Below, piece after piece: positions 1 to 12,560 of a stretch of 64,000 bases of DNA. Source of the stretch: Candidatus Bathyarchaeota archaeon (GTDB lineage: Archaea; Thermoproteota; Bathyarchaeia; Bathyarchaeales; Bathycorpusculaceae); assembly GCA_963811105.1 (NCBI GenBank), contig CAWEPZ010000011.1, positions 1 to 64,000 of the forward strand, read 5' to 3'. Numbering within the stretch: position 1 is the first letter of the stretch; the number at the start of each line of letters is the position of its first letter. A program made the translations under genes and the position numbers. A model generated the notes under the pieces. It saw nothing but the letters and a program-made list of their open reading frames with translations, had not been told where the DNA came from and ran no database searches.

Positions 1-1230
1 TATAAGAATAAGTTACACTGTTAGAACCAACCGCACCACCATCCACATACCACTGATAACTCCGAGTAATCCCGAACCACCAATGGAGTAGCTGTAAACT
101 CTTGACTGACCAACATCCATCGTCAACGGACCAGGAGCAACACTCACAGTCGGAGCGGCATTCACTGTAATAGACGGCGTATTAGACTGAACCATAAATG
201 GAGTAGAAGCAAGATCAGTTACCTTACAGTAAATCGTTGGTGAACCAACAGAAGACGCAGAAAACGTATAAGTTGTCCAATTTGTCCAACAACAACAGAC
301 CCACCCAAATACCACTGATAAGACAAAGCACCTGAACCACCAGAAGCAGTAGCAGTAAATATCTTAGACTGACCAACATCCATAGTCCAAGAAGCAGGCG
401 ACACACAAACAGTCGGAGCAACATTCACAGTAACTGAAACAGCGTTGGAAGCAGGAGAAGTAACCGGAGCAGAAGCACTATCAGTCACCTTACAAGTAAC
501 CGAATGCGAACCCAGACGCAGCAGTATAAGAATAGGTTAACTGTTAGAGCCAACCGCAACACCGTCCAACATACCACTGATAACTGAATAGTTCCCGAAC
601 CACCAACAGCAGTAGCAGTAAACACCTGAACCTGACCAACATCCATCGTAAGCGGACCAACAGGAGCGACACTCACAGTCGGCGAAGCAGCAACAGTAAT
701 CGTAACAGCGTTGGAAACAGGAGAAGTAACAGGCACAGAACCACTATCAGTCACCTTACAAGTAACCGAATGAGAACCCAACGCAGCGTATAAGAATAAT
801 TACACTAGTCCGAACCAACCGCAACACCATCCACATACCACTGATAATGAAAGTTCCTGAACCACCAAAGGAGTAGCAGTAAACACTTGAACCTGACCAA
901 CATCCATCGTCAGCGGACCAACAGGAGCAATACTCACAGTCGGCGAAGCAGCCACAGTAACAGACGGCGTATTAGACTGAACCATAAACGAAGTAGACGC
1001 AAACTATCAGTCACCTTACAGTAAATCGAGTGACGAACCCACAGAAGACAGCAGAATAACATATAACGTTGTGCCAATTTGTCCAACAACAACAGAGCCA
1101 TCAAAATACCACTGATAAGACAAAGCACCTGAACCACCAAAGCAGAGCAGTAAACGTCTACTCTGACCAACATCCATAGTCCAAGAAGCAGGCGACACAC
1201 TAACAGTAGGCGCAACATTCACAGTAACAG
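1..1230. repeat. Tandem ~263-bp coding repeats, at least 5 copies
   Basis: The anchor ctgaccaa(a)catccat recurs at about 106, 369, 632, 893 and 1163. Confidence 0.85.
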
Positions 1231-1882
1231 TAACAGCAGAAGAATCCACCACTGCTCCAGCGGTATCAGTAACCTGAAGTTCAAAACTCCAAGATCCCGT
1301 AGCCGTAGAACCAGAAGTAACAAAAGAATAACTCCCGGAAGTTGCGCCACTAATCGCCGAATAAGAACCTGCACTAGGAGCCTTCTGAAGCCACTGATAC
1401 GTATACGGAGAAGTACCCGTAGACACAGCAGAAGATGTCAAACTGCTAATCTGACCCCGATCAACCGTACCAGCAGAAACAGACAAAGATGGAGCAACCA
1501 AAGGAATATTCACTGTCAAAAAAGCCATACCAGTATGACCGCTGTCATCAGTGGCAGAAACAGCAATAAACCCCGCAGTAGTCAAAGTCACCAAGCCACT
1601 CCAAACACCGTTTGACCAGTCAGAAGTCCCTGTTCTATTGGGACTAATAGACCCTGGCGGAGCAGACAAATCCACAGAACCGCTGAAGCTTGTAACCGTG
1701 GTCAAATCCGCATCTTTAGCAGTAACAGTAAGAGTGAAAGGAACATTGGCTGTCACTGAAATAGGTGTCTTAACAACAAATTGAGACAAAGGGAGTGTTT
1801 GAGCTTTGACTTGCGTGCTTGCGATTGCGCAGATTGACAACGAAATTAAAAATGCGATTACAAGTAATTGAAATTTCTTCAT
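1..1882 (-). CDS. Secreted surface protein with tandem Ig-like repeats (runs off the left edge; frameshifted)
   Basis: Signal peptide MKKFQLLVIAFLISLSICAIASTQVKA. A repeated ~88-aa unit (..TMDVGQS..FTATASGGSG.LSYQWY..CKVTDS) is spread over ORFs 1016-1882, 800-985, 485-781, 219-488 and 13-315. Confidence 0.8.
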
Positions 1883-2232
1883 ATTTCTTCATTCTGATAT
1901 TCATGGTTGACTTCGACTTGAATAAATTATTTATTAAAATAATGTTTCTATTTGCTTAAACCTTTCCTATTCTTATACTTTCAGAGTTGTGCATAAACAA
2001 AAAAAAGATAAAGTTGACCAGACTTGATAATTAAGCCTAAGAATATCATATATGTATCCAGATTATGTAAACAAACAAGACTAACCTAGGCGTATTTAAC
2101 TGGATCCTTATTTCTGAAAGGTTCAAAAATATTCACCATTTACTTTGGTTTTGGTTGACTTCGAAGTATTACTTCTGATAAATATGCCGGATTTGCCTAT
2201 CTAAAATTTTGCTATGGGGAAGCTTAATATTT

Positions 2233-2430
2233 TCATAAAAGGCCTATGGCAACAGTTACCACAAACAAGAGACCTAACACTAACGCCAAATTCCGAAGTT
2301 TCTTCATGTCTGAGATTAATGTCTTTTCCCCGAAAACAAAAGGTATAAGTTCAGCTGTAACAAGGAGAAGAATCGCGCTCACAGCTAGGAGAATGCTCAG
2401 ATCTTGAACAGTTAAGGGAGCAAGTAGCAT
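2233..2430 (-). CDS. Small 2-TM membrane protein
   Basis: Intact hydrophobic 65-aa ORF that starts 2 bp after the stop of the upstream gene. Confidence 0.7.
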   Translation of the reverse strand: MLLAPLTVQDLSILLAVSAILLLVTAELIPFVFGEKTLISDMKKLRNLALVLGLLFVVTVAIGLL

Positions 2431-2432
2431 TT

Positions 2433-3220
2433 TTACATTTCTTCCATTCGATACTCTATAATTAGTGTTTTTGTGTCAGGGTTTAACGTATCTTTTTGGA
2501 TTGTTATTGGTTTATCTGAGGCTTTGGCAAATGCACAAGCGAAAGCACTTGCCAAAATGCATCCGACTTGCGCGTGCGTTCGGGGTTGACTATTTCTGGT
2601 TTCGCTGCAAAGCGTGTTGAATACGCTGCCAGTTAGCTCTAAGGTAATGGTTCTATCTTGGATTCGAATTTGAGCATCTTCCGCAAATTTTAGTTTTTGG
2701 AATAGTCTCCCAATTATAATCTGCATTTGAGGTAGAGAAATTTTTCTGAAAGATAATCCGAGTTCACTTTCAAACATCAAGGAAAGAGCAAGTCCCGGAG
2801 GAGTGAGGAACAATCCGGTTCTCTTCTTATTGAACAACTTATCATTTGTTTCATCTGATGTAGGCAGAGTCATCTCAGGCGTTTTCGGTACGAATATTAG
2901 GCTAGATTCAAAGTCTCGAATGTTGTGAGGCGGCAAATATATTCCTTTTTCAAGTAAATCAAACTCGCTGAGGAAACGTTCAATGTTACTTCCGCTTGCA
3001 CTTGTGGAAGCCTTCAACAAGGAGAGAAACGCATGTTTCGTTGGAGTGAAGAAGAGAAGCAACATGCTCCAAAAGGAGATTGAAACGCCCAGAATAGCTA
3101 GAAATGAAGAGTTATTTAGCGCTGAGAGCACTATCATGGCTACGCCTGTTATAAGGGCGATTCCTATTATGACACAGTGATTATATCTTGATTAATTTTC
3201 GTTATATTGGTTTTAAGCAT
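2433..3220 (-). CDS. Hypothetical membrane protein with a Cys-containing C-terminal domain (loosely V4R-like)
   Basis: ORF 2433-3137 has N-terminal TM helices and C..VGCILASAFACAFAK. The probable ATG at 3220 lies across a frameshift. Confidence 0.65.
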
Positions 3221-3477
3221 TCTGTTACCTTTATGGATACTTCAATTAATATCTTATTCTGAAAAACAAGTACTTTCTAGAAATTTGAATCATTTTTCTT
3301 CAGTTGCAACTTAACCCCAAATTGTTCTTTCGTACGTTGCATAGGTTTTTCTACGGGGTTGAACCAAACAGGGACGCGTTCCTTTTCTTTAATCTTCTCT
3401 AAAATGAAGCAATAGCTGACAACGCAGAGTTTTAGCGAAAAGAGAGGAGAATTAAAATGAAGGAATTTTTGGGTTCC

Positions 3478-5910
3478 CTACTTTGCTTTTCTTCTATTCA
3501 GGAATATAAATGTCACCAAAATTCCGACCAATACTATTGCAACAATCGAACCAACCAGATATATGATATTCATGTTGGAATCAGATGAAGACTGCGTTCG
3601 AGAAGGTGAAGGGCTAGTCGACGGTGAAGGCGAAGGAGACAAAGTTGGACTAGGTGAAGGAGACGGAGAGGCACTTGGAGTGGGGGTACGAATAGGAGTG
3701 GGTGTGGGAGTAGCTGCAGGTAATGCTGCAAAGTTGGCTGTTATTTTTCCAGGTCCGTTTATAGTCGCGGTTGCAGAGCCCAAATATGAATTTGCAAGAG
3801 TGATGCTTCCCGAGTCGGTCGTCCATGATGAAAACTGGAAGCCATAAGACGGCGTACCAGATATTGAAATTGAGCCAGCGTCTTGCCACGTATTTGTTCC
3901 GGAAGGACTTGTTGTTCCGTCTCCAGAAGGACCAACAGCGAATGATACCAAGTACTGAGTCTTCCAGTTCCAAGTAATAGTTGAAGGCGCGTTAATCGTT
4001 AGTGTCATTGCTGATGCACTGCCAGAGGCTGAAACACTTCCGGTGCCTGACCAGCCTGTGCAAACATATTGAGTCCCTGAGCCGGCGGAAACTGGAGAAG
4101 CAACAAAAGCGCTTATGCTTGATCCATCATCATACCAGCCGTTTGCTGGCAAGGGGGAATCATAGGCCGAAGTCGTAGTCAAGTAGTACTGGGTCTTGTA
4201 AGATCCAGTTATGGTTGTGGGCTGTGTAACATTGACGGATAAAGAGCTGCTATTTCCGCTCACCCCTGTGAGGATAAGCTGTTTACTGTTTGCGGCGACT
4301 ACTAGTTGAGGCGAATAACTGAAGGTGTAGATGTAACTTGAGTTAGCCCAAATTGTGAAAGCCAGCTCTGTTATAGCTGGTGCCGTTGACGGTAATTACG
4401 TTACCAGAGAAGTCTGAGCCTACGCCGGACTGAGCCAAAGTCAGGTTGTACTGAGTTTGCCAGTTAGCTATGGCTGTCTTAGGTCCGTTCATGGTAATGT
4501 TATTCGAAGGGGAAGTGTTGCCTGAAGCGTTACCGCTCCAATTAGTAAAGACGTATTGAGTTCCTGTAGCTCCGGCAACTGTTAAAGAGTTAAGTGTAGC
4601 AGTTGCGTTTGTGCCAGAGTCGTAACAGCCGTAACCGCCAACAGTTCCATTGACTGAAGACACGTTCAAGTAGTACTGAGTCTTCCAGTTGGCCGTAGCG
4701 ATCTTTGGGCCATTCATAATAATGGGTTTGAAGGCGAAGTACGTCCCTGAAGCATCACCGCTCCAACCAGTAAAGACGTATTGAGTTCCGGAGCTCCAGC
4801 AATGGTTCTGTTGGATTAACCGAAGCAAAGACAGAAGTGCCATTGCTGTACCAGCCTGTACCTGTAGTGGTGCCATAGGTCGAGGAAACAGTTAAGAAGT
4901 AGTCGTGTTCCCAGATGGCTTGCTCGGTTATTGGGCTACCCATCGTTACTGTTGCGGGATTATTCGTTCCAGTGTAGCTTCCAATTCCTGAACCATTCCA
5001 CCCTATCCAAATATAGCGTTCACCAGGATTCGCCACTGGCGCGGTAGCACTAATTTCAACTGTTTGATGGATTGGCGAACAGACCGCTAGTTGGAGTAAC
5101 AGTTCCGTAGTTGGTTGAGGTTGTTAATGTATAGAGAATTGGTCCAATGTAGCTATCGCTAACGACAATGTCGTCAATGTAATAATTCCAACTTTCAGTT
5201 GGATTTGTGACTGTTTGACTTCCACCAAGAACGACGTTCGCTGGTGTTCTGTCAGTGTTAAATGTTGCTGTGGCATTTATGATAGATTCGCCGTTTAAGA
5301 ATAGTTGTTCTTGACCAGTTATAGTCTGCAGTACCAGTTGTGTGTTTTAGCTCGAGACAGTTCCAGCCGATTGTAACTGCATGTGCTGTTGAGGTGGAGT
5401 TGCTTGTACTAATAACGCGTGAAAAACCCATAGGTACTGCGGAAGAGTCACGGTAAAATATTCCCCAGTAGAGTGTTCCACCTACATTGGTAACGATATA
5501 TTTCTCCGTCTCCGAAGTTGCCGCCGTTCAGACGTTGAGAATCCGCCTACCTGGTAATAGTCTCCGTTTGCCGATGGCAGAGTTGTCGAGTTAATGTAGA
5601 CATATTCTCTAACGTATATCGGGTTTGGCAGCGAACTTCCTAAAGGTCGATAATACAAATTCTCATGATTTACGCTGATTCCAGGCAACACGTTTTGAAC
5701 ACTGTAGCCTCCGCTGTTAACAGTTTGATTGTTAATGGAAAGCGCGCCGTAGGTAACGGCCCATGCGTTCAGGTTGCCGCTTTCAAAGCCGTCGCTGAAA
5801 ATAATGGCTGCATTTGCAACCTCGATCAACAAGGGAGCTAGTAGTGCAATACTTAAAAATGCCACAATAATTGAGAAGAATAATTTTTTCTTCATTTTGA
5901 ACACGACCAT
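3478..5910 (-). CDS. Membrane-anchored surface protein: beta-sandwich N-domain, TQYYLTV..GWY repeats, Pro/Ser/Thr linker and C-terminal TM (frameshifted)
   Basis: Signal peptide followed by IIFSDGFESGNL. Repeated WKTQYYL..GWYD.G..TQYVFTGWSG units, then a PTPTPSPSPS linker, a TM helix and an RRKAK tail. Confidence 0.8.
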
Positions 5911-6038
5911 TCTTTAACATTAGTGCATCTTAAGACTCAAACATGTTTTTAAAGTTTATTCCTATTAAGAATAGTTTTCATTGGTGTTTAACACTTTGGC
6001 AACTCTACAGTTTTCCACATTAACTTTGGAAAGTGGTG

Positions 6039-6285
6039 TTATTTTTGAGTTGATCTGAGCATTTCTTTGGATAGCCTCCATATGAGGAACCCGATTGCGG
6101 CGATGATGAAGCTTATGATTGTAAAAGTGTCTACACGAATCCATGGTATAAGATGGGATAGACCAAGAGGTAGCCATTCTGGATGAATAAGTTGCACGAG
6201 CACTCCGTAAACCCATGCTAACAAGCCGAACAAGAAAAGAAATTCTCCAACTACCTTTATGATATAGTTTTAGATATGCAGCCAT
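6039..6285 (-). CDS. Small membrane protein
   Basis: Hydrophobic ORF 6039-6233. The ATG at 6285 is joined to it by an apparent frameshift. Confidence 0.55.
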
Positions 6286-6368
6286 GAGACATAATTCCTA
6301 TGTTCTTGAAATTAAAGTTTGAGTGATCTAATAAAAATTTGCATTAAAAGATGTCAGCTTTAAGCAAC

Positions 6369-7016
6369 TCAATAAGTTTGTTGAATGGTAGTCGATTTTG
6401 CGTGGTATTCTCGAGCCATTGCTGCGGTGGCAAAAACTGCGGTTAAAGCTAGCAAACTCAGGGTTATAGGAGTCAGACCAATGCCAATTGGGGTGTAGTA
6501 TAATATCAAGCCAACCATAGGCGTGAGGGCTATGCTCATTGCGATGCTCAAGACAAAGCGTTCGATATTGTCGAAGCTTTCTGAAGACGTTTTGATCGGA
6601 ACCTTCTTTTGGAAAATAGCTTTTACGAAGGCGTATCCGGGCAAAAACAGCACAAATATCACTCCTAAAACGTTGCGAACATATGCTAGCGGATACCAAT
6701 CTTGTGGAATGGTGAAAACCGTTAATGTGGTTACTAAAGCTACTGCTATTATGGTCCAGTACCATGCTGACTCGAAGCTAAATAGGTAAGTTCCAAACGA
6801 AGTGGATGTTTCTGGTTTTACGTTGAAATGGATTTTGTCTTCGGCTTCGAGTTGATTTAGGAGATTGATAATTTCTTTTTCTGACAGGTTAGTTGTCTTT
6901 TGGACAAATCTTATCAGTTGGCTTGTTGTTTGGGGTTTCTGCTCGTTTATGGTTTTGATTATGATATCTTTTATTGAGTCGTTGGGGTTTTGGTTTTTGG
7001 ACAATTCAAAATGCAC
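6369..7016 (-). CDS. DUF1616-family membrane protein with a winged-helix-like N-terminus
   Basis: Intact 215-aa ORF with motifs FVLFLPGY, IERFVLSIAMS and GLILYYTPIGI, typical of DUF1616. Confidence 0.8.
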   Translation of the reverse strand: MHFELSKNQNPNDSIKDIIIKTINEQKPQTTSQLIRFVQKTTNLSEKEIINLLNQLEAEDKIHFNVKPETSTSFGTYLFSFESAWYWTIIAVALVTTLTVFTIPQDWYPLAYVRNVLGVIFVLFLPGYAFVKAIFQKKVPIKTSSESFDNIERFVLSIAMSIALTPMVGLILYYTPIGIGLTPITLSLLALTAVFATAAMAREYHAKSTTIQQTY

Positions 7017-7206
7017 GCTCGTCGATGCTGTGGTGTTGTGATTTTATTGATAATCCTAATTACTCGATTGCTATTAAATGTATTATTTTTGAGTTTAAAG
7101 AGAAGTTTTTGAGGTTTTGTTTGAAATCTTTTTTGGTTCCCTTGTCCGAAGTAGGGTACCCTAGGTTTATTTGTAACGGTTTTTGTAACATTGTTTGGTA
7201 ACAATT

Positions 7207-7580
7207 ATGAAGATGCAGACAGGTATGCGACTTGAGGCTGAGGTTTGGCGGGCGTATAGGGCGTTTGCAGTCGGGAATGGCTGCGTCCGAGCATGCCCGT
7301 TGAAGAGTTTCTCAGGTTTGCTTTAGAGAATGATTCCGCCTTGGGTTTTCTAACTTTGGTGCGGGGCGCCACTAAGGCGCATGTTGAGGGCTTTGACGCT
7401 TACGCTCGGGTGCTCCTGGATTGGTATATGCATGGAAAACGCTACTTCAATTCTGCAGGGGAGGATCAAGCGTCTGTTGAGGGCTTGCTGCTGGAGGCTT
7501 TGAAAGTTGTTTCGGATTCCGAGTTGCTCCAGCGAATTGAAGAGGCACTTATTACCGCTCAAAGGCAGCGGTTCCTCTGA
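7207..7580 (+). CDS. Small hypothetical protein, possibly a ribbon-helix-helix DNA-binding protein (frameshifted)
   Basis: ATG at 7207 reads MKMQTGMRLEAEVWRAYRA and continues via indels into RPSMPVEEFLR.. (ORF 7293-7580). Visibly GC-richer than its flanks. Confidence 0.55.
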
Positions 7581-7900
7581 AAAGATAAAGGAATAGCCGA
7601 GCGAATTCTTTTGCGGCTTAAGTCTCATAATAACATCAAAATAACCCTGCAGAATGTTCACTGAATGTATTCATAAAAAGGTTATTGGCAAATGTGTACG
7701 CATTTTTTGGTTCCCCCAAGAAAGGGATCGTTGTGGAATCTGTAAATCCCGTTTTTAATTATCTGTAGGGAAAAAGCCATCTTCAGAAGCAACAAGAGTC
7801 AACAACTGCAACCCTCAAACAATCCATTTCCAATCATACGACGGCGCAAGAAAAACCAGAGCATATTGGGGTTTAGGATGGTTAGCCGTCAGGTTTTTGG

Positions 7901-8797
7901 CTATTTAACTTTCGTGCTTGGCACAAGAGCAACTTCACTATATTTTTTACGTCCTCGACTGACCAAATCCAATGCCTTATTTGTCTTTTTTTGAATTTTC
8001 CATAGACAGAAATTGAGAGGTCCCTTGGCTTGTCTGAGTACCTTCTCGAAGTCTTTAGATGAGTGCTTTCTATAGAACCTCTTCTCTGGATCTTCAAAGT
8101 CGTGAACATCATATTCATAGTCTTTTTCAGTGACTGCCTTCCGGGTCTTCATCACTAAATGGACAACAGTACTGCGAATGTTACAAACGACCTTCTTGTC
8201 TGCCTTCCAAGTTCGAAGACAATAGTCAACATCGTCGTAGGCAAAAAAGAAACCTTCATCGAAAAGTCCAACTCTTCCAATAAGATTGCTTTTTAGTACA
8301 AAACATGCGCCACCCACGTAAGTGCAAGGCGTTACTGCGTCCTTTGAAGGCCATATGTTCAAATGTTTTCCATCGGGCGCTATGTATCTAGGACATTGCC
8401 ATTCGTCTCCTCGTGTACTATTCAACAAGTGCTCGCGACAGAGGCGCGGTCCAACAATGCCTATTTTTTCGTCATTCTTAGCACATTCAATTAATATGTT
8501 TAGCCATTCTTCTTGAACAATCAAGATATCATTATTCAAGAGGCACAAGAACTCCCCTTTCGCTACTTCTATTCCCCTATTGATACTGTAAGCGTACGGA
8601 TAGTTCTTGTCCAAACACACCAATCTGACGTCAGACCTTGAACGCAAGTATTTTAATGTACCGTCGGTACTATTAGCATCCACTACTATTAATTCGAAAG
8701 GACTATACCTTGTGATTCTGACAAGGCTCTCAAGACATTGCCTAGTGTACTCGAGATTGTTATGAGTTACAATAATAATGCTACAAAGACTCAACAC
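7901..8797 (-). CDS. Glycosyltransferase family 2
   Basis: Motifs SIIIVTHN, VVDANSTDGT, LLNND and FDEGFFFAYDDVDYC. Confidence 0.9.
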   Translation of the reverse strand: MLSLCSIIIVTHNNLEYTRQCLESLVRITRYSPFELIVVDANSTDGTLKYLRSRSDVRLVCLDKNYPYAYSINRGIEVAKGEFLCLLNNDILIVQEEWLNILIECAKNDEKIGIVGPRLCREHLLNSTRGDEWQCPRYIAPDGKHLNIWPSKDAVTPCTYVGGACFVLKSNLIGRVGLFDEGFFFAYDDVDYCLRTWKADKKVVCNIRSTVVHLVMKTRKAVTEKDYEYDVHDFEDPEKRFYRKHSSKDFEKVLRQAKGPLNFCLWKIQKKTNKALDLVSRGRKKYSEVALVPSTKVK

Positions 8798-9239
8798 AAA
8801 CCCTCAAGAAGAGAACGCAATAACTTTTCTTCATAAATTAATCTCAAACAAAATTTAATAATGGCCTCAAATATAAATCAAATTGATTTTGCTTCATAAT
8901 CTTTCCGATTACAAAGATTTAGTAACCGCCAATGCCAAGTTTTTGCTTCCTTCATGATTTGACCAACTAAAGACTTTAATTTTATATCACAAAATGAGAA
9001 CCATGTAAAACTGACACAATCAACTGCAATATACTCTTGAGTACGAGATTATTTAGAAACGCGCGGTATGATACAGCATTACCTTTGGAAGCCCTTGCAC
9101 ATGCAATCCAGTGGATTTTGCTGAAGATACCGCCTTAGGAAATGGGCAATTACAAAATGTCCCTTTCCGTTGAGAGTATTTTGTATCATAAAAAAAACGG
9201 AGTGACCAGATTTAGTCAAATGTTTTTTTGCGCCTATCT

Positions 9240-10255
9240 TCAAGTTACTTTTGTTGTAAACCACGTTATTGTCTTTTTAAGTCCTTCCTCAAAATCTAAC
9301 GGTTGGTTTCCACTGGACAAGTTTTTCTAGTTTGTCTGTGTCTGGGCAACGTCTTTTTGGGTCATCTTTAGGCAGCGGGTAAAACTCAATGGTTGATTGG
9401 CATTTGGTTACTTCTTTGATTTTTTTCGCAAGTTCAAGAATGGTTATTTCTTGGGTATTCCCAACATTCACAGCTTCGCCTTTAGCTTTTTCGCAGGCTG
9501 CCAGCAGCAACAAACCAGTAACATTATCTGTTACATAACAAAATGACCTTGTCTGTTTTCCATCACCATAAACCGTTATCGGTTCACCTGTCAATGCCTG
9601 CGAAATAAAACGTGACATAGCCCTGCCATACAAACCGTCTTCTCGCAAACGTGGACCGTACGTATTAAAAATCCTTGGAAGCTTCACATCCAATCCATAC
9701 TGCTTATAATAAGCCATAAACAATGCTTCTGCAAACCGTTTCCCCTCATCATAACATGACCGAAGACCAATCGGGTTGACTTTTCCCCAGTAACTCTCAG
9801 GCGTAGGAACAACCTCCGCGTCCCCATAAACCTCCGAAGTTGAAGCAAACAACAACATAGCATCATTTTTTCTAGCTAACTCCGCCATACTAAAGCTACC
9901 TAAAGCACTAGTTTTTAAGGTCTCAATTGGATGCGCTTGATACTCATCAGGAGACGCATGCCCCGCCATATGAAAAATAAAATCAAACTTTTCTTTGCTA
10001 TCAAACGTGCAAACATCAGACTTTACAAACTTGAACAATCGGCTTTTGCTTAAGTGGTCAATGTTTTTAATTCTTCCAGTAGACAAATCATCTACAGCTG
10101 TCACATTAGCACCAAAACCTACGAGCACATCGCAAAGCCAACTGCCAATAAACCCAGCGCCGCCAGTGACCAAGCACATTCTTTCCATCAAAAACGTCTC
10201 CTTTAACGCTATTCTTTATCGTTTCAAGATCTTCGCTGATTATTTTATCAATCAT
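9240..10255 (-). CDS. UDP-glucuronate decarboxylase (UDP-xylose synthase)-like SDR
   Basis: Motifs VTGGAGFIGS, STSEVYG, SCYDEGKRFAE, RIFNTYGPR and DDPKRRCPD. The start overlaps the galU stop (ATGA). Confidence 0.88.
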
Positions 10256-11133
10256 TGAGTTTGCCTCTTGCAAAATTGCTTGTAAGATAATTCTAAAGCA
10301 TCCCAATATCTTTCAGGGCTGCCAATATCTAAATGCGAATAGCTCTTATCCAATTTCACGGCGTATACTTTTAAGTCCCCAGTCGATCAAGCTTCTGGAT
10401 GGCATCTGTTAGTTGGATTTCTCCGTTTTTTCCAGGTTTCGTTGCTTCCAATGCTTTGAAAATGATTGGGTGAAAAACATACATAGCCATGATTGCCAAG
10501 TTAGTGTTGGGTTTTTCTGGTTTTTCAACAACTGACTTAACTTTTATAATTCCTGGTTCTATTTCGTCACCTTCAACAATTCCATATTGCTTAGGGTTTT
10601 CAATTTCCAAGACTAGAAATGCCGCATCAGCATTAAGCCGCTCAAAGGCTTCAGTAGTTTTTTTAGATAATCCATGTCTTTTGAGATTATGCAGCTGTCT
10701 CCCGCGTGCACAGGCAACTTTCATTTTGAACAAACGGTTGAGCCATCAAAACTGCATTTCCAAAACCTTTCGGCTCAGGCTGGTTAACCCACATAATCGT
10801 CGAAGATTCAAGTTTATTATAAAAACCTTCAAGATCAGAAGCTTGCCCATTCTTGCCCATGTTTTTCAAGTTTTCTACACAGTTTGAATCAGGAGTGAAA
10901 TGATCTTCTATTCCTCGTTTGCCTCTGCCTACAACATAACAGAACTCGCGAAGTCCGGCATCATATAATTGTTCAAAAACCATCTGCACAACAGGCTTAC
11001 TGCATATCACCTTGGCTGTTTTTGAGAAAATTGGAAGCATTTCTTTAGGCTGTTCTTTTGTGGCTGGAAACAGACGTGTTCCCAAACCTGCTGCTGGAAT
11101 AATGACTTTGCGAATCATTAATTGTCCTCTCAT
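10252..11133 (-). CDS. galU: UTP--glucose-1-phosphate uridylyltransferase (frameshifted)
   Basis: Motifs KVIIPAAGLGTRLFPATKEQPKEMLP, QPEPKGFGNAV, VEKPE and GEIQLTDAI. Confidence 0.85.
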
Positions 11134-11213
11134 CTTTTCTTTATTACTGTTAAGCCATATATATTTAATATGATAACGTGAATCAAATTAACACTTGATT
11201 TGAGGTGGTAACT
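11134..11213. promoter_or_regulatory. Divergent promoter region between galU and ugd
   Basis: 80-bp gap between head-to-head genes with an AT-rich TATA-like tract (catatatatttaata). GAGGTG at 11202-11207 precedes TTG at 11214. Confidence 0.5.
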
Positions 11214-12560
11214 TTGGGAAAACAATAAAATTTCAGTTATAGGTACAGGTTATGTTGGTTTATGCACGGCAGTGGGGTTTGCAAGCAGAGGTTATAATGT
11301 AATCGCCTGTGGATGTTGATACTGAGAAAATCGATAAAATAATTCAGGGTGTTCCTCCTTTCCATGAGCCGGGTCTCAAGAGAAACTTCGCAAAAAGTGT
11401 AAAGAAAGGAAATTTGAAATGGCTTAGCAAATCAAACTGAAAGGCTGTTACTTGAGACTGATTTGACTTTTGTTGCAGTTGGAACTCCAAGTAAACCGGA
11501 TGGGAGCATAGACCTCAAATATATTGAGACAGTGCACAAGACATTGGCAAGCACTTAAGCAAAAAAAGCGATTACCATGTTATGATCGTCAAGAGTACTG
11601 TTGTTCCCGGGACAACTCAAAATGTTGTTAAGCCGATTCTTGAAGAAGAATCTGGAAAGAAGTGTGGGGAAGATTTTGGTTTGTGCATGAACCCAGAGTT
11701 TCTGCGTCAAGGCTCGGCATTTGAAGATACAGTAAACGCTGACCGAATAGTTATAGGCTCATTTGACAAGAGCTCAGGCGATGCTTTAGAGGACTTATAC
11801 AAAGACTTTTATCGAAGCCCATTTACCTCCAATAATTAGAACCACCCTTTCCACTGCTGAACTTATAAAATACGCCAGCAACTCGATGCTCGCCACTAAA
11901 ATCAGCTTCATAAACACGATAGCAAACATATGTGAAAAAATCCCTGGCGCAGACGTCAAAGTTGTGGCCACAGCTATGGGATTAGACAAACGCATTGGAC
12001 CCACTATTTCTTGGATGCAGGCTTAGGATACGGTGGTTCTTGCTTTCCTAAAGATGTAAAAGCTCTGATCGCTTCGTCAAAGAACTTGGGTTATGACCCT
12101 GAACTTTTAGATATCAGTAGAAAACGTAAACCACACTCAACCTCTCAAAGCAATCCAGTTATGTAAAAAACAGCTCGGAAGTCTAAAAGGCAAACACATT
12201 GCAATTTTGGGCTTAGCCTTCAAACCTGACACGGATGACATGAGGGAAGCCCGAGTCATACCTATAATAGACGGCTTACTAAAGGAAGGCGCCAACGTAA
12301 CTGCCTACGACCCCGTAGCAATACCTGTCGCAAAAAAAATCTTCCGAAACAAAATCCAATACGCACCTCACGGTCAAAGCTGTCTCAAAAACGCAGACGC
12401 TGCCATACTCGTAACCGAATGGGAAGAATTCAAGAAACTCACACCCGAAGACTTCATAAAAAACATGAAACAACCTATACTTATCGACGGCAGAAGAATC
12501 TATAACCCCGAAGACTTCAGCAGAAAACTCAAATTCACTGCCATAGGCTTGGGTAACTAA
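11214..12560 (+). CDS. ugd: UDP-glucose/GDP-mannose dehydrogenase family protein (frameshifted)
   Basis: Motifs [37 protein letters not shown] and [13 protein letters not shown]. Confidence 0.9.

Noticed and set aside
1-1230. Near-identical repeats as DGR template/variable regions or as a CRISPR array
   Set aside because: They are in-frame ~263-bp protein repeats. No reverse transcriptase is present, no adenine-specific mismatch pattern was evident, and there are no unique spacers.
3600-3715. Short gaagg/gggtgt periodic repeats
   Set aside because: They are explained by the Pro/Ser/Thr linker of the surface protein.
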